DNA of 64,000 bases, from the NCBI RefSeq assembly GCF_018977255.1, contig NW_024704743.1, positions 42,100,001 through 42,164,000 on the forward strand, in the 5' to 3' direction. Position numbers and translations under genes: made by a program. Under the pieces are notes generated by a model, which did no database searches, was not told where the DNA came from, and saw only the letters and a program-made list of their open reading frames with translations. Below, piece by piece: positions 37,830-50,510 of the stretch; positions within the stretch are counted from its first letter, which is position 1; each line of letters starts with the position of its first letter. The DNA comes from Callorhinchus milii (taxonomy: Eukaryota).

Positions 37830-38180
37830 CTACTTGGCTGACTCTTGTTTCTGAGTCAGAAGGTTGTAGTTTCAAGCCCCATGTCAGCATTTGGAATCAC
37901 ATAGTCTAAACTGACACTCCAATGTAGTTACTGGGGGTGGGATGTGGTGTTGCGTTGTTGCAGGTGTCATCCTTCAAATTAAACGTTAAACCGAGGTCCC
38001 GTCTGCCTGTACAGGTTGCATTTCTGTATGCATTTATGGGTGAATGCAGCAGCCAATTTATGTACTTGAACAGCCATGAAGTAAGTGACCAATTTTATTT
38101 GTGATATCGTTGAACCAAGACACCGAGAGAAACTCCCTTCTCTTTTTGAATAGTGCCATGAGACCTTTAATATCCAGACC
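37830..38180 (+). mobile_element. Deu-domain SINE (rearranged)
   Basis: tctgagtcagaaggttgtag...aggtgtcatccttc...aacgttaaaccgaggtcccgtctgcctg; the distal part is inverted. Confidence 0.75.
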
Positions 38181-38716
38181 TGTCTAAACCAACTCTCTGC
38201 TAACCAGACTTCCCAACTCTTCCCTCCACAAGCTGCAGACCATCCAGAACTCTACAGCTCCACTACATGATCCTCGCCTGGCTCCACTGGCTCCCCCTGC
38301 CCCAGAGGATCAAGCTCAAGATCGTCACCTTCGCTTTAAAATCCCTCCATGTTCTTGCTCTGCCTCTGCGACATTTTAGAATCCTACCCACCTGCCCGCT
38401 CCCTTCAATTGGCAGGCACTGGCCAGCTCCATGTACCTCACCCTGCCCAACCCACTATCTGCAGTTGGGCATTCAGCCTTTCTGCCCCCACTCTCTGGAA
38501 ATGCATCCCTGGAGTCCCTTTGCCTTGCCCCTGCCCTTGCCTCCTTCAAGGTCGATCACAAGACTTTCCTCTTTAAGCATGCCTTTTGTCATTTTCCTTC
38601 TCCTTCCACCCCTCATGAAGTCAACCCGCACCTCGGGTTCAATCCTCAACTTTCCAGCACCTTGGGAGGTATTCTTATCGTGAAAGGCGCTATATAAATA
38701 CAATTTGTTGTTGTTG
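38180..38716 (+). mobile_element. L2 LINE 3' fragment with tail
   Basis: LHKLQTIQN...ILAWLHWLPLPQRIKLKI...gtgaaaggcgctatataaatacaatttgttgttgttg. Confidence 0.9.
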
Positions 38717-41399
38717 CCCACATGTACAGACAAGTCTGACAATGGCAATTTGTTGTTGTTGCCCTTCTGTACAGGCACACCTTCAGAGGAGACGTTAAAC
38801 CAAGGGACCTTGGCTTAAGGTCTCATCTGAAGGTCACCACCTCCAATAATGAAGCACACCCTCAGAGATGGCATGATTGTTACCAACTGAACCAGGTTAA
38901 GTGAGAGTAAACTACAGTTTTAAAAGAGAGTAAACTGCAGGAAAGTAAAGATTGAAGGTTTGAGGAGTTACTGGGAAAACAAGATTTGGAGAAGGCACAA
39001 TGAATCTTGATTTCAAGCCAGTGAAAGATACAGTATGGAAGAGGATTTGGAGCTTACGAAGAATATGGTAGGATATGTCTGAGAAGCCATGACAGTAGCA
39101 GTGTCAATAAACAGAGGGAAAAGACAAACGATCGTGTTAGAAAGAGAGGGGGATGTTGGTCAGGATGAGAGAAGGATCACCCATCAGAAACCTGCCGAGA
39201 AGTTCATATGAAGGGCCAGAAGAGCTTGCCCAAATTTTGGAGCAGCTTTCAAGCTTTTTATTATCTTAGGTTAACCAAGAGTAAAATCCGTGAGTGTTAT
39301 GCACAGTGTCTTTGGCTTCACACAATTATAATGAGAAATCCCATTAGTGTCTGGCAGCACCAGAGACGTTGGCCCTAACACTCACTGGAAATTTTCTCAA
39401 TTTTGTTTTGTAACATAAAAGACCAGCCAAACGATTATGCTTATGTTGGCTCTCTGGAAAGGCTATCCATATTGTTGGGTCTTGAATTTCACTAAATCAA
39501 TTTAAAATTTGTGTTCACATGGAGTTGAAAGCCAACTGAACTGCAAAAAAAAAGCTTTGTAATTAAAACTGCAATTACAACTGAACTTAAGAATTGTCCA
39601 TGTTCTGCATCACCTTCAATTTTACTACAAAGTCATCATACAGGCTGAGACTGGTGGAATTTTAGGCCTTCAATCTCATTTCCCTGTCCTTTCTCAAACT
39701 CTTTTACATTTCTACATCCTTTATATCTCGCATTCTTCTGTGACAAATTATGTGTTCCTCTTTTTTTTCATGTTAGTTTACAGCCTTTTCCCTTTAAAAT
39801 TTCACATTTAAACACAAATATATTATAAAGATCACTGATTTTGATTTAAGGACCAGTATATATTAATATATTTTTGTCTGGCTTCTTGACAGATATGGCT
39901 GTTTCAAATAAAGAAACAACCATTTTTTGAACAGTTTATTTTGTTTATTTTCAGCACTAGAAATTTTCATAAGGACTCCTGTTTCTACCTAAGATCAGTA
40001 TAATTTAAAGTAAGATTGGTTTAACCAAAACACAGCCAGTAAAATGTTGAAGCCACTTTTCGGTACCAGCTGTGAAGGTTCAACATGTTGAATTAATACA
40101 ACCTAATTGTTTCTATGTCAAAAACTGCAAAACTGCCTATAATATTGTATCCTTATTTAATAGTTTTATTCAATGAGGGTAAATAAACAACTGGTGATGG
40201 AAATCAAGGAAACTGCACTGATTAAGCTTTTGTCTTCTTCCACATTTGAGTTCAAGGTGTATTGTTCAAACAGGACAGAGAGAGTTTTTCACTTTGCTTG
40301 GCTGTGATGAGTTTCACCCAAGAGTGGTTAATACCAATCCCTAGGTGCTCAGAAAAGAAATGTGCTACACTTACATTAATGCAGCACTACCTCGCAACTG
40401 CATTCCTCATCTTGATGATAACAAAACATAAAAATTAGAGAACAAAATTAAGAAAAATCCCTGTGGACCTGCTCAATCAAGTTACAAGTTCTCATATTTA
40501 AGAGTTGTAGCCTTCAGAAACAGTACATTGCTCTATTAGTTTGTGCAACGTGACAAGTTTGACGTACGTTTTCTGCCTCCTGTCCCTTTAAAATTCTACT
40601 CTATTTTTGCACATTCTCTTTATTGGTGGTATTGCAATATTTATTGATATTTCCGAACAGTAGAGAAGACTTTTTATAATAAATTGACCTGATTTATTTT
40701 CCAATTGGCTTTTATGTTCTTTGAATAATACTGAGCTCCATTATTACTGACTTCTGCCTATAAGAATTCTTAATTATCCAAGCCAATTTTTGGTCTCTGA
40801 TAGCTATAATTTGAAAGTCTTTGCTTGAGTCTTCAAATCTATATGAATATCTAATGCTACAGATAAAGCTTTTCAGATGCTCCCCTGTATTGTTCAATTA
40901 AAACCACTGTGGGAAGTTCTGTTCTGCGACTACAATAGTTTTAGAAAACTGCATAATTCCATAAATTGTTTATTGTACAGAGAAGAGTCGGAAAGATACT
41001 AAACTAAATGTTAATTACAATTTTTTTTCAGTTAGCAAAACCAAAAGTGTTAGGGTCCTCTAATTTTCCCTTTTAAACCATAGTCCAAAGTTGCTTTTCT
41101 TACTCGCAAGAGAATAGCATCTCCTTGGTTTACTACTCATTTCTTGATATTTTCCTTAACACAGCCAGCCATGCAATGTTGACTAATTGATATTCAAGCC
41201 TTTCCCAACAAGGAGTGATACAAAGCTGAACGTAAAATAGAGACAGACCTGGCCTAGAGGGTTGAAAGTCCTGCAAACATCTTAACAGCCAGTTACAGTG
41301 TCACTAGCAGAGAGCTGGGAGCAGATTACCTCGCTTCCCCTTTCCAGTGTTTTCCTGAAGAATGTAATATGGTACCAGGATAGAAAATAAAATATGTTA

Positions 41400-41837
41400 G
41401 AATAATCCTTGCCTTTGATACAGTGCCCTACCACATCCTTGAGACATCTCAAAAAGCTTCAAATTATTTTATTTTGTATTCTGTGATGTGTATTACTTAT
41501 TTATAGGCAAACACAGCAGCCAATTTGCTCACAGCAGTATCCCACAAATAGCCATGATGTGAACGATTAATATCACCTAGTGGATTGTTGGCCAGGAAAG
41601 AAACTTCCTTCTCTTTTCGATTACTGCCATGGGAAGTCTAAAGTCCATATAAACAAACAAAAAGGCCTTTGGTTTAACTTCTCATCCAAAAAACAGCATC
41701 TCTGACAATGCAGCAATCCTCCAGCACTGCACTTTAGTGTCAGCCTAATTGTACTTTTGAAGTCCCAATGTCGGGTTTGAACCTACAACCTTCTGACTCA
41801 GAGTCAACTGTGCTACCAACTGAGTCAAGTTGACACC
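41400..41837 (-). mobile_element. Near full-length Deu-domain SINE
   Basis: Tail aataatccttgc, core ggtttaacttctcatccaaaaaacagcatctctgacaatgcagca, head accttctgactcagag...gctaccaactgagtca. Confidence 0.88.
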
Positions 41838-41849
41838 AAAGGTAATTTT

Positions 41850-42032
41850 TCCTAGTATCCTGGCCAACAATCCCTCAAAATAAAATGTCATGGCTGTTTG
41901 TGAGACACTGCTGTGAGCAATTGCTTGCTGCGTTCACCTACAAATACATAGTCACTTCACTCCACAATAAATCCTGTGAAGCACTTTGGGACATCCTCCT
42001 GATGCTACACCAAATGCAAGTATTATTATTAT
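41850..42032 (+). mobile_element. Deu-domain SINE 3' part
   Basis: tcctggccaacaatccctc...gtgaagcactttgggacatcctcc...aatgcaagtattattatt. Confidence 0.8.
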
Positions 42033-42071
42033 AAGTTTGAAGGCTACAGGCTGAGAAATAACTTAGGGCTC

Positions 42072-42419
42072 AATAATAATACTAATTCTTGTATTTAATA
42101 TAGCGCCTTATCATGTCTTTGAGAAGTCTCAAAGTGCTTCACAAAATATACTGCTAAGTGAATTGGCTGTATAATCTGTGGGCGAAACGCAAGAGCCAAT
42201 TGCGCACACTAAAGTCCCACAAACAACCGTAGATTGAGTCACCAAAATTTTTTTTTAAGGGATTATTACCTCCACCAATTGACTAACAACTAGGTTTCAA
42301 CTTACTGCTAGACAAGCAGAGGTGTGAGGAGTAAGGAAACCTGCCCAATGTTTCGCCTTGCCCAGGAAACAAACCCAGGTCCTTTCGCAAGTGCTCTAAC
42401 CACTGTGCTGCAGGACTCC
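42072..42419 (-). mobile_element. Full-length tRNA-derived SINE (long form)
   Basis: Ends gctctaaccactgtgctgcaggactcc (head, reversed) and contains the cttactgctag block. Confidence 0.9.
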
Positions 42420-44229
42420 ACTTGTCTAAGGGCTTCTAGAATAAGTAAGGGCTTCTGGAATGAAGACACTTAGGCATGCTTATGGTGATAACCATGTACA
42501 GATGACTGCTCTCCATTTTCGTGACTGCTAGATATTACCTCACAAATGTATACCATCCAATCAGATATTTGTTGAAATGATTCAAATAAATTACCACAAC
42601 AACTGGACTTGAACGACTTTACCTAGCAAATTAAGTGATTTATTTCTCTGATGCCATTAAATTGCAACAAATGGTGGTATGAATCAGGCTCAGTTGAGTG
42701 ACCACTGTTTTGCTTTTACAGTTGAAAAACAAGCCCGATTTATGGAACTGCAATTATAATGGAAGCAATAGAGAACTAATAAAAGGGGTCATCAATGTTC
42801 AGTGAAAAGTTAACCAATGTGCAAACATAAATAGAATGGCCAAAGACAGTTACAAATTAATTACTGACTTAAGCATGGTTGCATGAGTTGAAAGATGGCA
42901 CATCAGGAAACACTACTCAATCACACAGAGCAGCCCAATGAATATCTGGCAATTATCTCACATCACCTGAGAATATGATAAACCAGCAAACCAACCTGAC
43001 AAACAAGGAGGCTGCTTCTCAATATCTGAGTCCAATGCTGAATTGATAAGTTACAGCATTTGTTCTCTGTTTTAGTCACAAATAACTAACATGAGGATAG
43101 ATTTGCCTATGATGTGGTCTGAGGTACACTGGTTGTTAACTCTTCCAATCTTTCCTTTACACATTAATAGTGACTTTCCTATTATAAGTGCAGAACAACA
43201 AGTATGCTCATGTTAGTGAACTGCATTTAATAGACTGCAATGTTTTCTGCATTAGACATGTCAATAATCTCAAGCAAAGTCTTGTACATTCACATTGCAA
43301 TGTCCATGACCATTGTCATTTGCTGCTCATATAAATTAATAAGCAAATAGCCTTATGGAGGATTCTCCACACGCTGGTAAATTTATTGCGCTTTGACAAT
43401 ATCCGGAATCAATGGGATTGATCACTAGAACAACAACAACTTGCATTTATATATCACACTTGATGTAGGATACCATTGAATATAAAAATAGATATTGTTA
43501 AAATGCTCCAGCAACAGTTGGAGCATTAACTTCCCAACTCTTCTGCAAAAGTATTGACATGAAAACATTTGTATTCCATTCACAGTCTAAATGCCTATAT
43601 TAAACACTTGATTTCATATTTCCACAGCTAAGCTCATTACATTTATTATTGCTGTCTCAAATGAGATGAAGAGGGGAACAGATCCCTCTGTTGAGAATTG
43701 AGAGAATACACCACAGCTTTATCAGACAGATGAAGATTCACGGTTCACCGTGATGATATTAATGTGGAGCAGAAGGACTTCATGTCTTCAGAAGGCTATT
43801 CCCCAGGATAGTCTATGTTGTGTTGTGGTAACTAACGGTTTCTGCACAGAAAATCATTGGATATATTAACTTTGGTTGATGCCTTCCAACAATCCCACAG
43901 CAGACAAAAAGCATATTGAAGGAGGTCATCTGCTTGTTTTCTTGCCTCCTCTCTGCAACCGAGTTGTCCAGACACATTGGATCTGCAGTGACAGACTATA
44001 TTACACAATTTAGAAGAACAGATGGAAGAGGTTTCTCCTTTCTTCAATCTGCTCACACCACTGATGAGAAAGTGATGTTAATGCACCAAGATAAAATTAG
44101 TGAGCTAGAGGCATAAATTATTCCAACTATTTCCATTTTCAAAGCCTAAGACTGTTCCCTGGGGTATACCAATGTTTACATCTTTTCATTTTACATATAT
44201 TCCCACCCGTTGTTTCCTATTCTTTTACA

Positions 44230-44580
44230 TTATGATGTGTTTTGATAGGGTCAGTAGGGAGAAATGATTTCCCTCGTCGGTGAGTCAGTAACTAATGGGC
44301 ATCAATCAAAGATAGATAATAAATAAACAAACGGGGAAGTTAGGAAAATTATTTTTCTTTCACAGAATAGTTAGGATATGGAATGCCTTGCTGGGAGCAG
44401 CAGTTGAGGCAGAATTCATATTGGACTTCATGAAGAAACTAGACAAATACCTTAAGAAAAGTCAACTACAGGGGGAACGGCAGGTCAAGGGAAGGGAAAG
44501 GATTGCTCTTGAGGAGCTAACACAAATATGAAGGGCCAAATGCCCTTCTTCTGTGCTGTAAATTTCTATGGTTCTATGTG
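44230..44580 (+). mobile_element. CR1 3' end
   Basis: taatgggcatcaatcaaagat...atggaatgccttgc...gggccaaatgcccttcttctgtgctgtaaatttctatggttctatg. Confidence 0.8.
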
Positions 44581-45084
44581 GCAACTCTACATAAATAATG
44601 TGAAATTCAAACTATGTGAGTCAGATCCAAACATCTAGGGATTGTTTATGAACTAATCCAGACAATTGGGTCCAAATTGTGGGTTGTGTTAGCCTTATGT
44701 AAATACAACAAATTTACATTTATATAGGTCCTTTCATATTAGGATTATATCTCGAGCTCCTGGACAGTTTGCAGCCGAATTGCAAGCGAGTTTGTAGATT
44801 GTTTCTGTTATTGCTGCTGTAAATGCACCATTTCTTTCTGTGTTTCTTTCCATATTACTAATGGTGACCGTGTGAAATAATAGTTTACATGCCCATCCAC
44901 CAATCTCATTGCTGTGTTTCCTACTCACAATGCAGTCTCTATATTGATGAAGTTAAGCCAAAATTGAGAGATTGTTTGGGGAATTCTATGCATAAATTGT
45001 ATCCATGCACATGATCCTGGCTGAGACTTTCTCCCTGAGGCTGAGCAACTTTTCCTTCCAATGCTCACTCTAATTTCTCTATCT

Positions 45085-45225
45085 AGAGCCAAGAGGTCAA
45101 GGAGTGACCTGATAGAAGTCTTCAAGATCATGGAGGGTTATGACAGGATAAATAATAATGCATTGCTTTCACTGGTCGATGAATCAGTAATGAGAAGGCA
45201 CAAATCTATACTAATAAAGATGAAG
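45085..45225 (+). mobile_element. CR1 ORF2 C-terminal fragment
   Basis: RSRSDLIEVFKIMEGYDRIN...MRRH (cf. RLRGDLIEVFKI...TRGH). Confidence 0.75.
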
Positions 45226-45524
45226 TGTCTATGTGTGCGCATCTGTGTGTCTGTGCTTCCGCCAATAAAGCAATAACTGATTGACCAGAGACATGATTTA
45301 TACTTCATTTGGAAGGTCTTGCATCCGGGAGTGTAACAGGCATTTTTTTTGGGGGGGGATCTTGTATCATTGATGACCTATATTTAAAAATTACTTCAAT
45401 TAAGCCCTAAAATATAAGGTATGCATGGTATTCTACAACAATGTAGTGACAGAGGAAAGCACACACCCTTCTAAAGAGATACATCTATGCCAATATATTC
45501 TGCAACAAATGTATGACAGTTTTT

Positions 45525-45660
45525 CCCTACAGTCCTCCCAACAGGCATTCTACCAATAGGAGTCCTCCCAACCAGGAATCTTACATAGGAGTCCTACCAA
45601 CAGGAGTTCTCTAGCTGAATCTTCCCACTCAGTCCTCCCACAGGAATTCTCCCAATAGCA
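45525..45660. repeat. Degenerate ~15-bp minisatellite (aggagtcctcccaac-like)
   Basis: agtcctcccaacagg, agtcctcccaaccagg, agtcctaccaacagg, agtcctcccacagg and variants in tandem. Confidence 0.8.
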
Positions 45661-46289
45661 CATGTTCTAAGCAAAAATCAAGACTTTCAAGGACAAATAA
45701 AAATCCCAGACAAAAGAGAGAAGGGTGATTAAATGAAGCTGAAGAACAAAGAACAGCGTTACTGGTCTTCAATGCTGAAAGGACTGCAAGAGCAAGGCAA
45801 CATGAGTTTTCCTCTCAAAGAACAGCACAGCTGATCTCTGATGCAGGAAGGCATCCAAGAACATGGCAAAATGAATTGCCCGCTCAAACAACAGCATGGC
45901 TGAATTTTGATGCTACAAAAGGCTTGCAAAGTACACACTCCATGTATATGGCATGTTAAATGGTTTGTGAGGGGTATCACTAAATTTTAAATTTCATATT
46001 GGATCCTTTGGTTCCAAGCGTAGCTGCAACAGGTACAGCTAGTATAAAATAAGAATTAACTGGAAAGTTAGAAATCATATCTTTACATTGAGGTTGTTTG
46101 GGGAATTCTCTGCATAAATGCTTGAAGATTATTAGTGTCTCTGTCCAGTGAATAGTTCCTCTTCTGTTACCACTTCTAGCAGTTAACAAAGAGTCGAAGT
46201 AACATTACCTCCACGTTTAAAATTTATTCTTTCTGATCAAGCTTCTGTAATCGAAGATACAGAAGCTTGACAAGAAAGCATGTTCTGAT

Positions 46290-46610
46290 CGGAGTCCTGT
46301 AGCTCAGTGATTAGAGAACTTCCCTCGCAAGCGAAAGACCTGGGTTCGATTCCCATCAAGGCAAAACCTTGGTCAAGTTCCTTACTCAACACGCCTGATA
46401 ATAATCCTTCAGGAAAAAAAATTATAATTTGGTCACTCAATCCATGACTATTTGTGGGGCACTGCTGTGTGCAATTGGTTGCCATGTTTTGCCCACAAAT
46501 ATACAGTCAATTCACTTTACAGTATATTCTGTGAAGCGCTTTGAGACGTCTCAAAGACGTGAAAAGCACTATATCAAATGCAAGGAGTATTATTTAGCAT
46601 TATTATTATT
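46290..46610 (+). mobile_element. Full-length tRNA-derived SINE (short form)
   Basis: ggagtcctgtagctcagtgattagag...gggttcgattccc (B-box)...gaagcgctttgagacgtctcaaagacgtgaaaagc. Confidence 0.93.
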
Positions 46611-48989
46611 AAAAATGCTTTGTAAAATCTGTCATCTCTGTGATTATCTGTGGATGCTATTAATTAAAGATCCAGTGGAGAAACACCAACAGTTTCAGTG
46701 TCCATAATTACAACAGCCTCAGAATTAGACTGGAAGTGTGACTTCTCTGTAAGTCCTCAATCCTGTAACATTAATATCATTTCTGAGCTCAATATGATAG
46801 TCAGTCAGGTAGAACTGGTCCATGACCAGGGGTCAGGGTTTAAGACACCATTGTCAATTTTCTCCCCTCTCCAATGTAAACAATTTGACTCAATTTTCCT
46901 TCAACTGAAAAACAGTTCTACAAGTGCCCTTCAGCACCTCATCCAAGAGGGTGTGAGCCTTGACAGTGAGTGTTGGCAGGCATTTCTACAATAGGGGTAT
47001 TCCAACCAAGTGTGATATTGTCCTTACCCAAGAATGATGCACACATTCACGGTTTTGATTTTTATCTCTTCAACATCAAGATACAGTACTATATTTTCCA
47101 CTTGGAAGTAAGTCAGCATTGAAATGAACTGCTCTTGGAAATAGTGCCCTACGTAATTGCACAGTACTTTCAAACATGAGAGGGTCATTTGTGAAGATGT
47201 CAGCTGTTAGTCTTGTATTTGAAAATGGGTGCAGTGCCATCATTCCAGACAAAGTTTAATGATGGCCTTTTATTTCTGCCCCTAACGTCCTTAGCACTAT
47301 TGTTAATAGTGGTCCTTAGTGGTACAGTGCTCCAAAATATATTTTACTTGGCAGCACAATGTTGAAATTCTGCACTATTTCTAATGGGGGGTGAAATTAC
47401 ATTGAAACCTTCGAAGAAAATAGGACAAGTATTGATGGTGTAAAACAACATCTATTTGTTGTAGACAATAACCCAGTTAAAATTATGATGCACTATCTTG
47501 CATGTAGCGTGTGGGATGGAGGAGAACGGGCAAGGACTGGGAAAAGACTGCACCACAAACTCTCTCTGCTCCAGGCTTCAGGCAAAAATGGGAGCTAAAA
47601 GACAAAATCTGGATATGCCCAATAAAATATGTTTAAAAACTACAATTTGGACATTGTACAACAAATGCACATGGTGATGTTCATCTACAAAATACAGTGA
47701 CTACACTTTATAGTAATTCCTGTGAAGTGCTTTGAGACATCCTCCCAATGTAAAAGGCGCTGTATCAAATGCAAAGATTATTATTATTAACAGGCATGGA
47801 CAAGGTGGACCAACTAGCTTGTCTTGGTGCTATAGATTCTATATGATCCTCTATATGTTATTGTTACGTGAATCAAATCCAAACCCCAAAGTCAAAGTCT
47901 GACATCCAATGCTAAATTAATTTGCACCAGTTTTCCATTAAAGCGGAGTAAACTGACACTTGCTGATCTGGTTTAGTATAAGACTTTCTGAGATTTGCCA
48001 AAGGATATAATTTAGGTAAAACAGTATCGGTTTCTGACAAGAAGGCAGTTGAAGCTTCTTTGGGTGCTCAGAGTGTGCACATTTGTTTTCGCCCAACAAG
48101 ATCAGAAGGAAATTGATATGGTTGCAGCTGGCATATTCAATGGAATATCCCTGCAACTCTAAAAATCAAGGCGGTGTTTCTGCTTATAATTTCTTCAGAC
48201 TGTGTTGCATTGTCGGGTGTGCTGTCCTTCAGAGTTGAGAAATTAAACTGAGGATTATTATTATTAATCATTGCGTGTTTGATTCAATAATTAAGAGGGA
48301 AGAAGACACACGTCAGCATTACTTTGGAGTGTCAGCTTAGACTGTGAGTCCAAGTCCTGATGTGGGGCTTGATCCACAACCTTCTGTCTTAGAGGCAAGA
48401 AAGCCACCACTGAGTCAAGCTGACACACTAATATTAATAAAGTTTAATAGTTAGAAGCAGCAACATGTTATGTACTGTGGTTACCATTGGTTTTGCTTTC
48501 TTCAAAATTCAAAATGTAGCTGTATGTTCTCAAGTTAACCTGGATAATTTCAGCCTTAGTAGGTTTGTTGATGGCCTTGACCCTTCAGGTCCATTTTGTC
48601 TTAAAATATAAGATGGTGCAGAATGGTGGAATTTTTAAGTGTAATCTATTTGGAAGTTAGAGTTGTGCCATCCTTAAAAGACTATCTTCCAAATTAAGAA
48701 TTTCATACAATTCAACCTAATATTAAATTTTAAGACAACATAGTTTTACAGATAGATTTATAGATTCAGTATTGAAAATTGAAGGACATATCAGCAAATA
48801 ATTTGGAAATGGAATAGGTTTCAAATCATATGATGCATTGCTGACAAACCATTTTGCTCACTGCATTACTATCATTCCTTGCATTTGTTTTTTTGGTGGC
48901 TATTTTGGAAACCATGGGGTAAAATGTATGACATTCCTGGACATATAAAGCTAAGCTGCTCACTATACTACCCAGCTATTCCCTACCCA

Positions 48990-49150
48990 GGATGCAGACT
49001 ATCCAGAATTTTACCTCTTCAGCCAAGCTTTCGGTCATCTTTTCTCACTCCAGCTCCCTCGGCTCCCACCCTCAGCTCTGATGCCAAGTCAGAGCTGTTA
49101 TAAATTTTGGGACATTCTCTTGATATGAAAGGCACTATATAAGTGTAAGT
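48990..49150 (+). mobile_element. Old L2 3' end
   Basis: ttgggacattctcttgatatgaaaggcactatataag preceded by a C-rich 3' UTR. Confidence 0.55.
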
Positions 49151-49899
49151 TTGGATTCTATTGTGTCTGATCCTAACTTTACATTGTTTTCCTCCATCCC
49201 AATGCCTCAGCAAAACAATGCCCATTGTAGCTGGGAGTAGAGGACGAGGGGTCTGGGGATTCCTTGGGAATTCCTAATTTGAATGTCTATATTGGACTTA
49301 CAACCAGAGATTCAACACCATACATTAGGAAAATGATTCTGAAAGTCAGTGTTCTGAGGGTTTAGAAGATTAATGAGAGGAGCGGTGTGTGTGGTTTCAG
49401 AGGCCTCGGGGAGCAGTACTACTTCCAGAGAGTGAGTTAATACCAGCGTAAAGTAAAGAATAGATTAGGGCTGTTCTTTAACATGTGGCTTGTGCTATTT
49501 AACAAAGAGAACAGGTTAACAAACATGAAAAATGTTACTTCCACACTCCCTCCCCCCATGTTTCTGTAGCTGCAAATATAGCGTTGGTTCTCGCTATAGA
49601 GGAAGACTACAGTTACCAAGGTCAGGTAGAACTGAATGTGTAGAAATGGAGGAAGGGCTCAAGGGGACAGCCAGTATCCCTAGCGGGGATAAATAACAAT
49701 CATCTCCTCTAACAATCCAGGAGGTGTGCAGGGGCTGGGGTTCACAGCCGACTGTGTGCACACTCTCTTGGGCGAGAAAGTTTGGGGTGGGGGGGTCGGG
49801 TGTCCCGGCATTTATCACGAGATTACAAGATTAATTTGGATAAAGAAGGCCCACTGATGCATTTGATCTTATCCTTCCAGAAAACCAACCTTATAGTCC

Positions 49900-50110
49900 T
49901 CCGGTCACAGAATCCAGGTGTTTTTAAAATTGAGTCCAGTATCCTGGCTTCAATCACCCATCCTGACAACCTGTTCCAGTTGTTAATTAACCTTTGAGTA
50001 AAGAAAAACTTATTGGTGTCTGTCCTGAAATTGTCCTTTGCAACTCTAACCTTTGTCCTCTTGTTCTATTATCTTGGCTTCCTAAAGTATTATTCTGGGT
50101 TTCCTTTTTT
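49900..50110 (-). mobile_element. CR1 C-terminal fragment
   Basis: Minus strand gives NRTRGQRLELQRT..., then a tggaacaggttgtcagga (WNRL) segment. Confidence 0.7.
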
Positions 50111-50124
50111 GAATCCCGTAATAA

Positions 50125-50510
50125 ATAAAAGTAATCCTTACATTTAGTATAGCACCTTTCCCATTGGGAAGACCTCCCAATGTTCTTCACAGGATATATT
50201 GTAAAATAGAGAGACTTTTTTGTCGCCAAATGCAACATTCAATTTGTGCACAGCAATGTCCCCGTAAACAGTCATGGAGTGAGTGACCAATCATCCAGGC
50301 TGTCACACCAATTGCCCAACTCCACCCCTTCCTTTAGGTATAATCCAAGGACTCTTTGGATCACAAACATCACTTAGCAGATATTCACATTGCTGGTCTC
50401 AAAGTCTGTTACAACACCACAACTACAAAATATTCAGTCCTGTGAAGAACTTTGAGATGTCCTCCTGAAGTTAAAGGTGTTCTATCAAATGCAAGGGTTG
50501 TTATTATTTC
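50125..50510. mobile_element. Two SINE 3' fragments (minus 50125-50295, plus 50425-50510)
   Basis: Both carry the shared gtgaag..tttg.ga..tc..aaaggtg..ta..aaatg tail. Confidence 0.65.

Noticed and set aside
43660..44116. Coding-looking unique sequence with 66-74 aa ORFs
   Set aside because: No motif or consistent splice signals; lengths are within chance.
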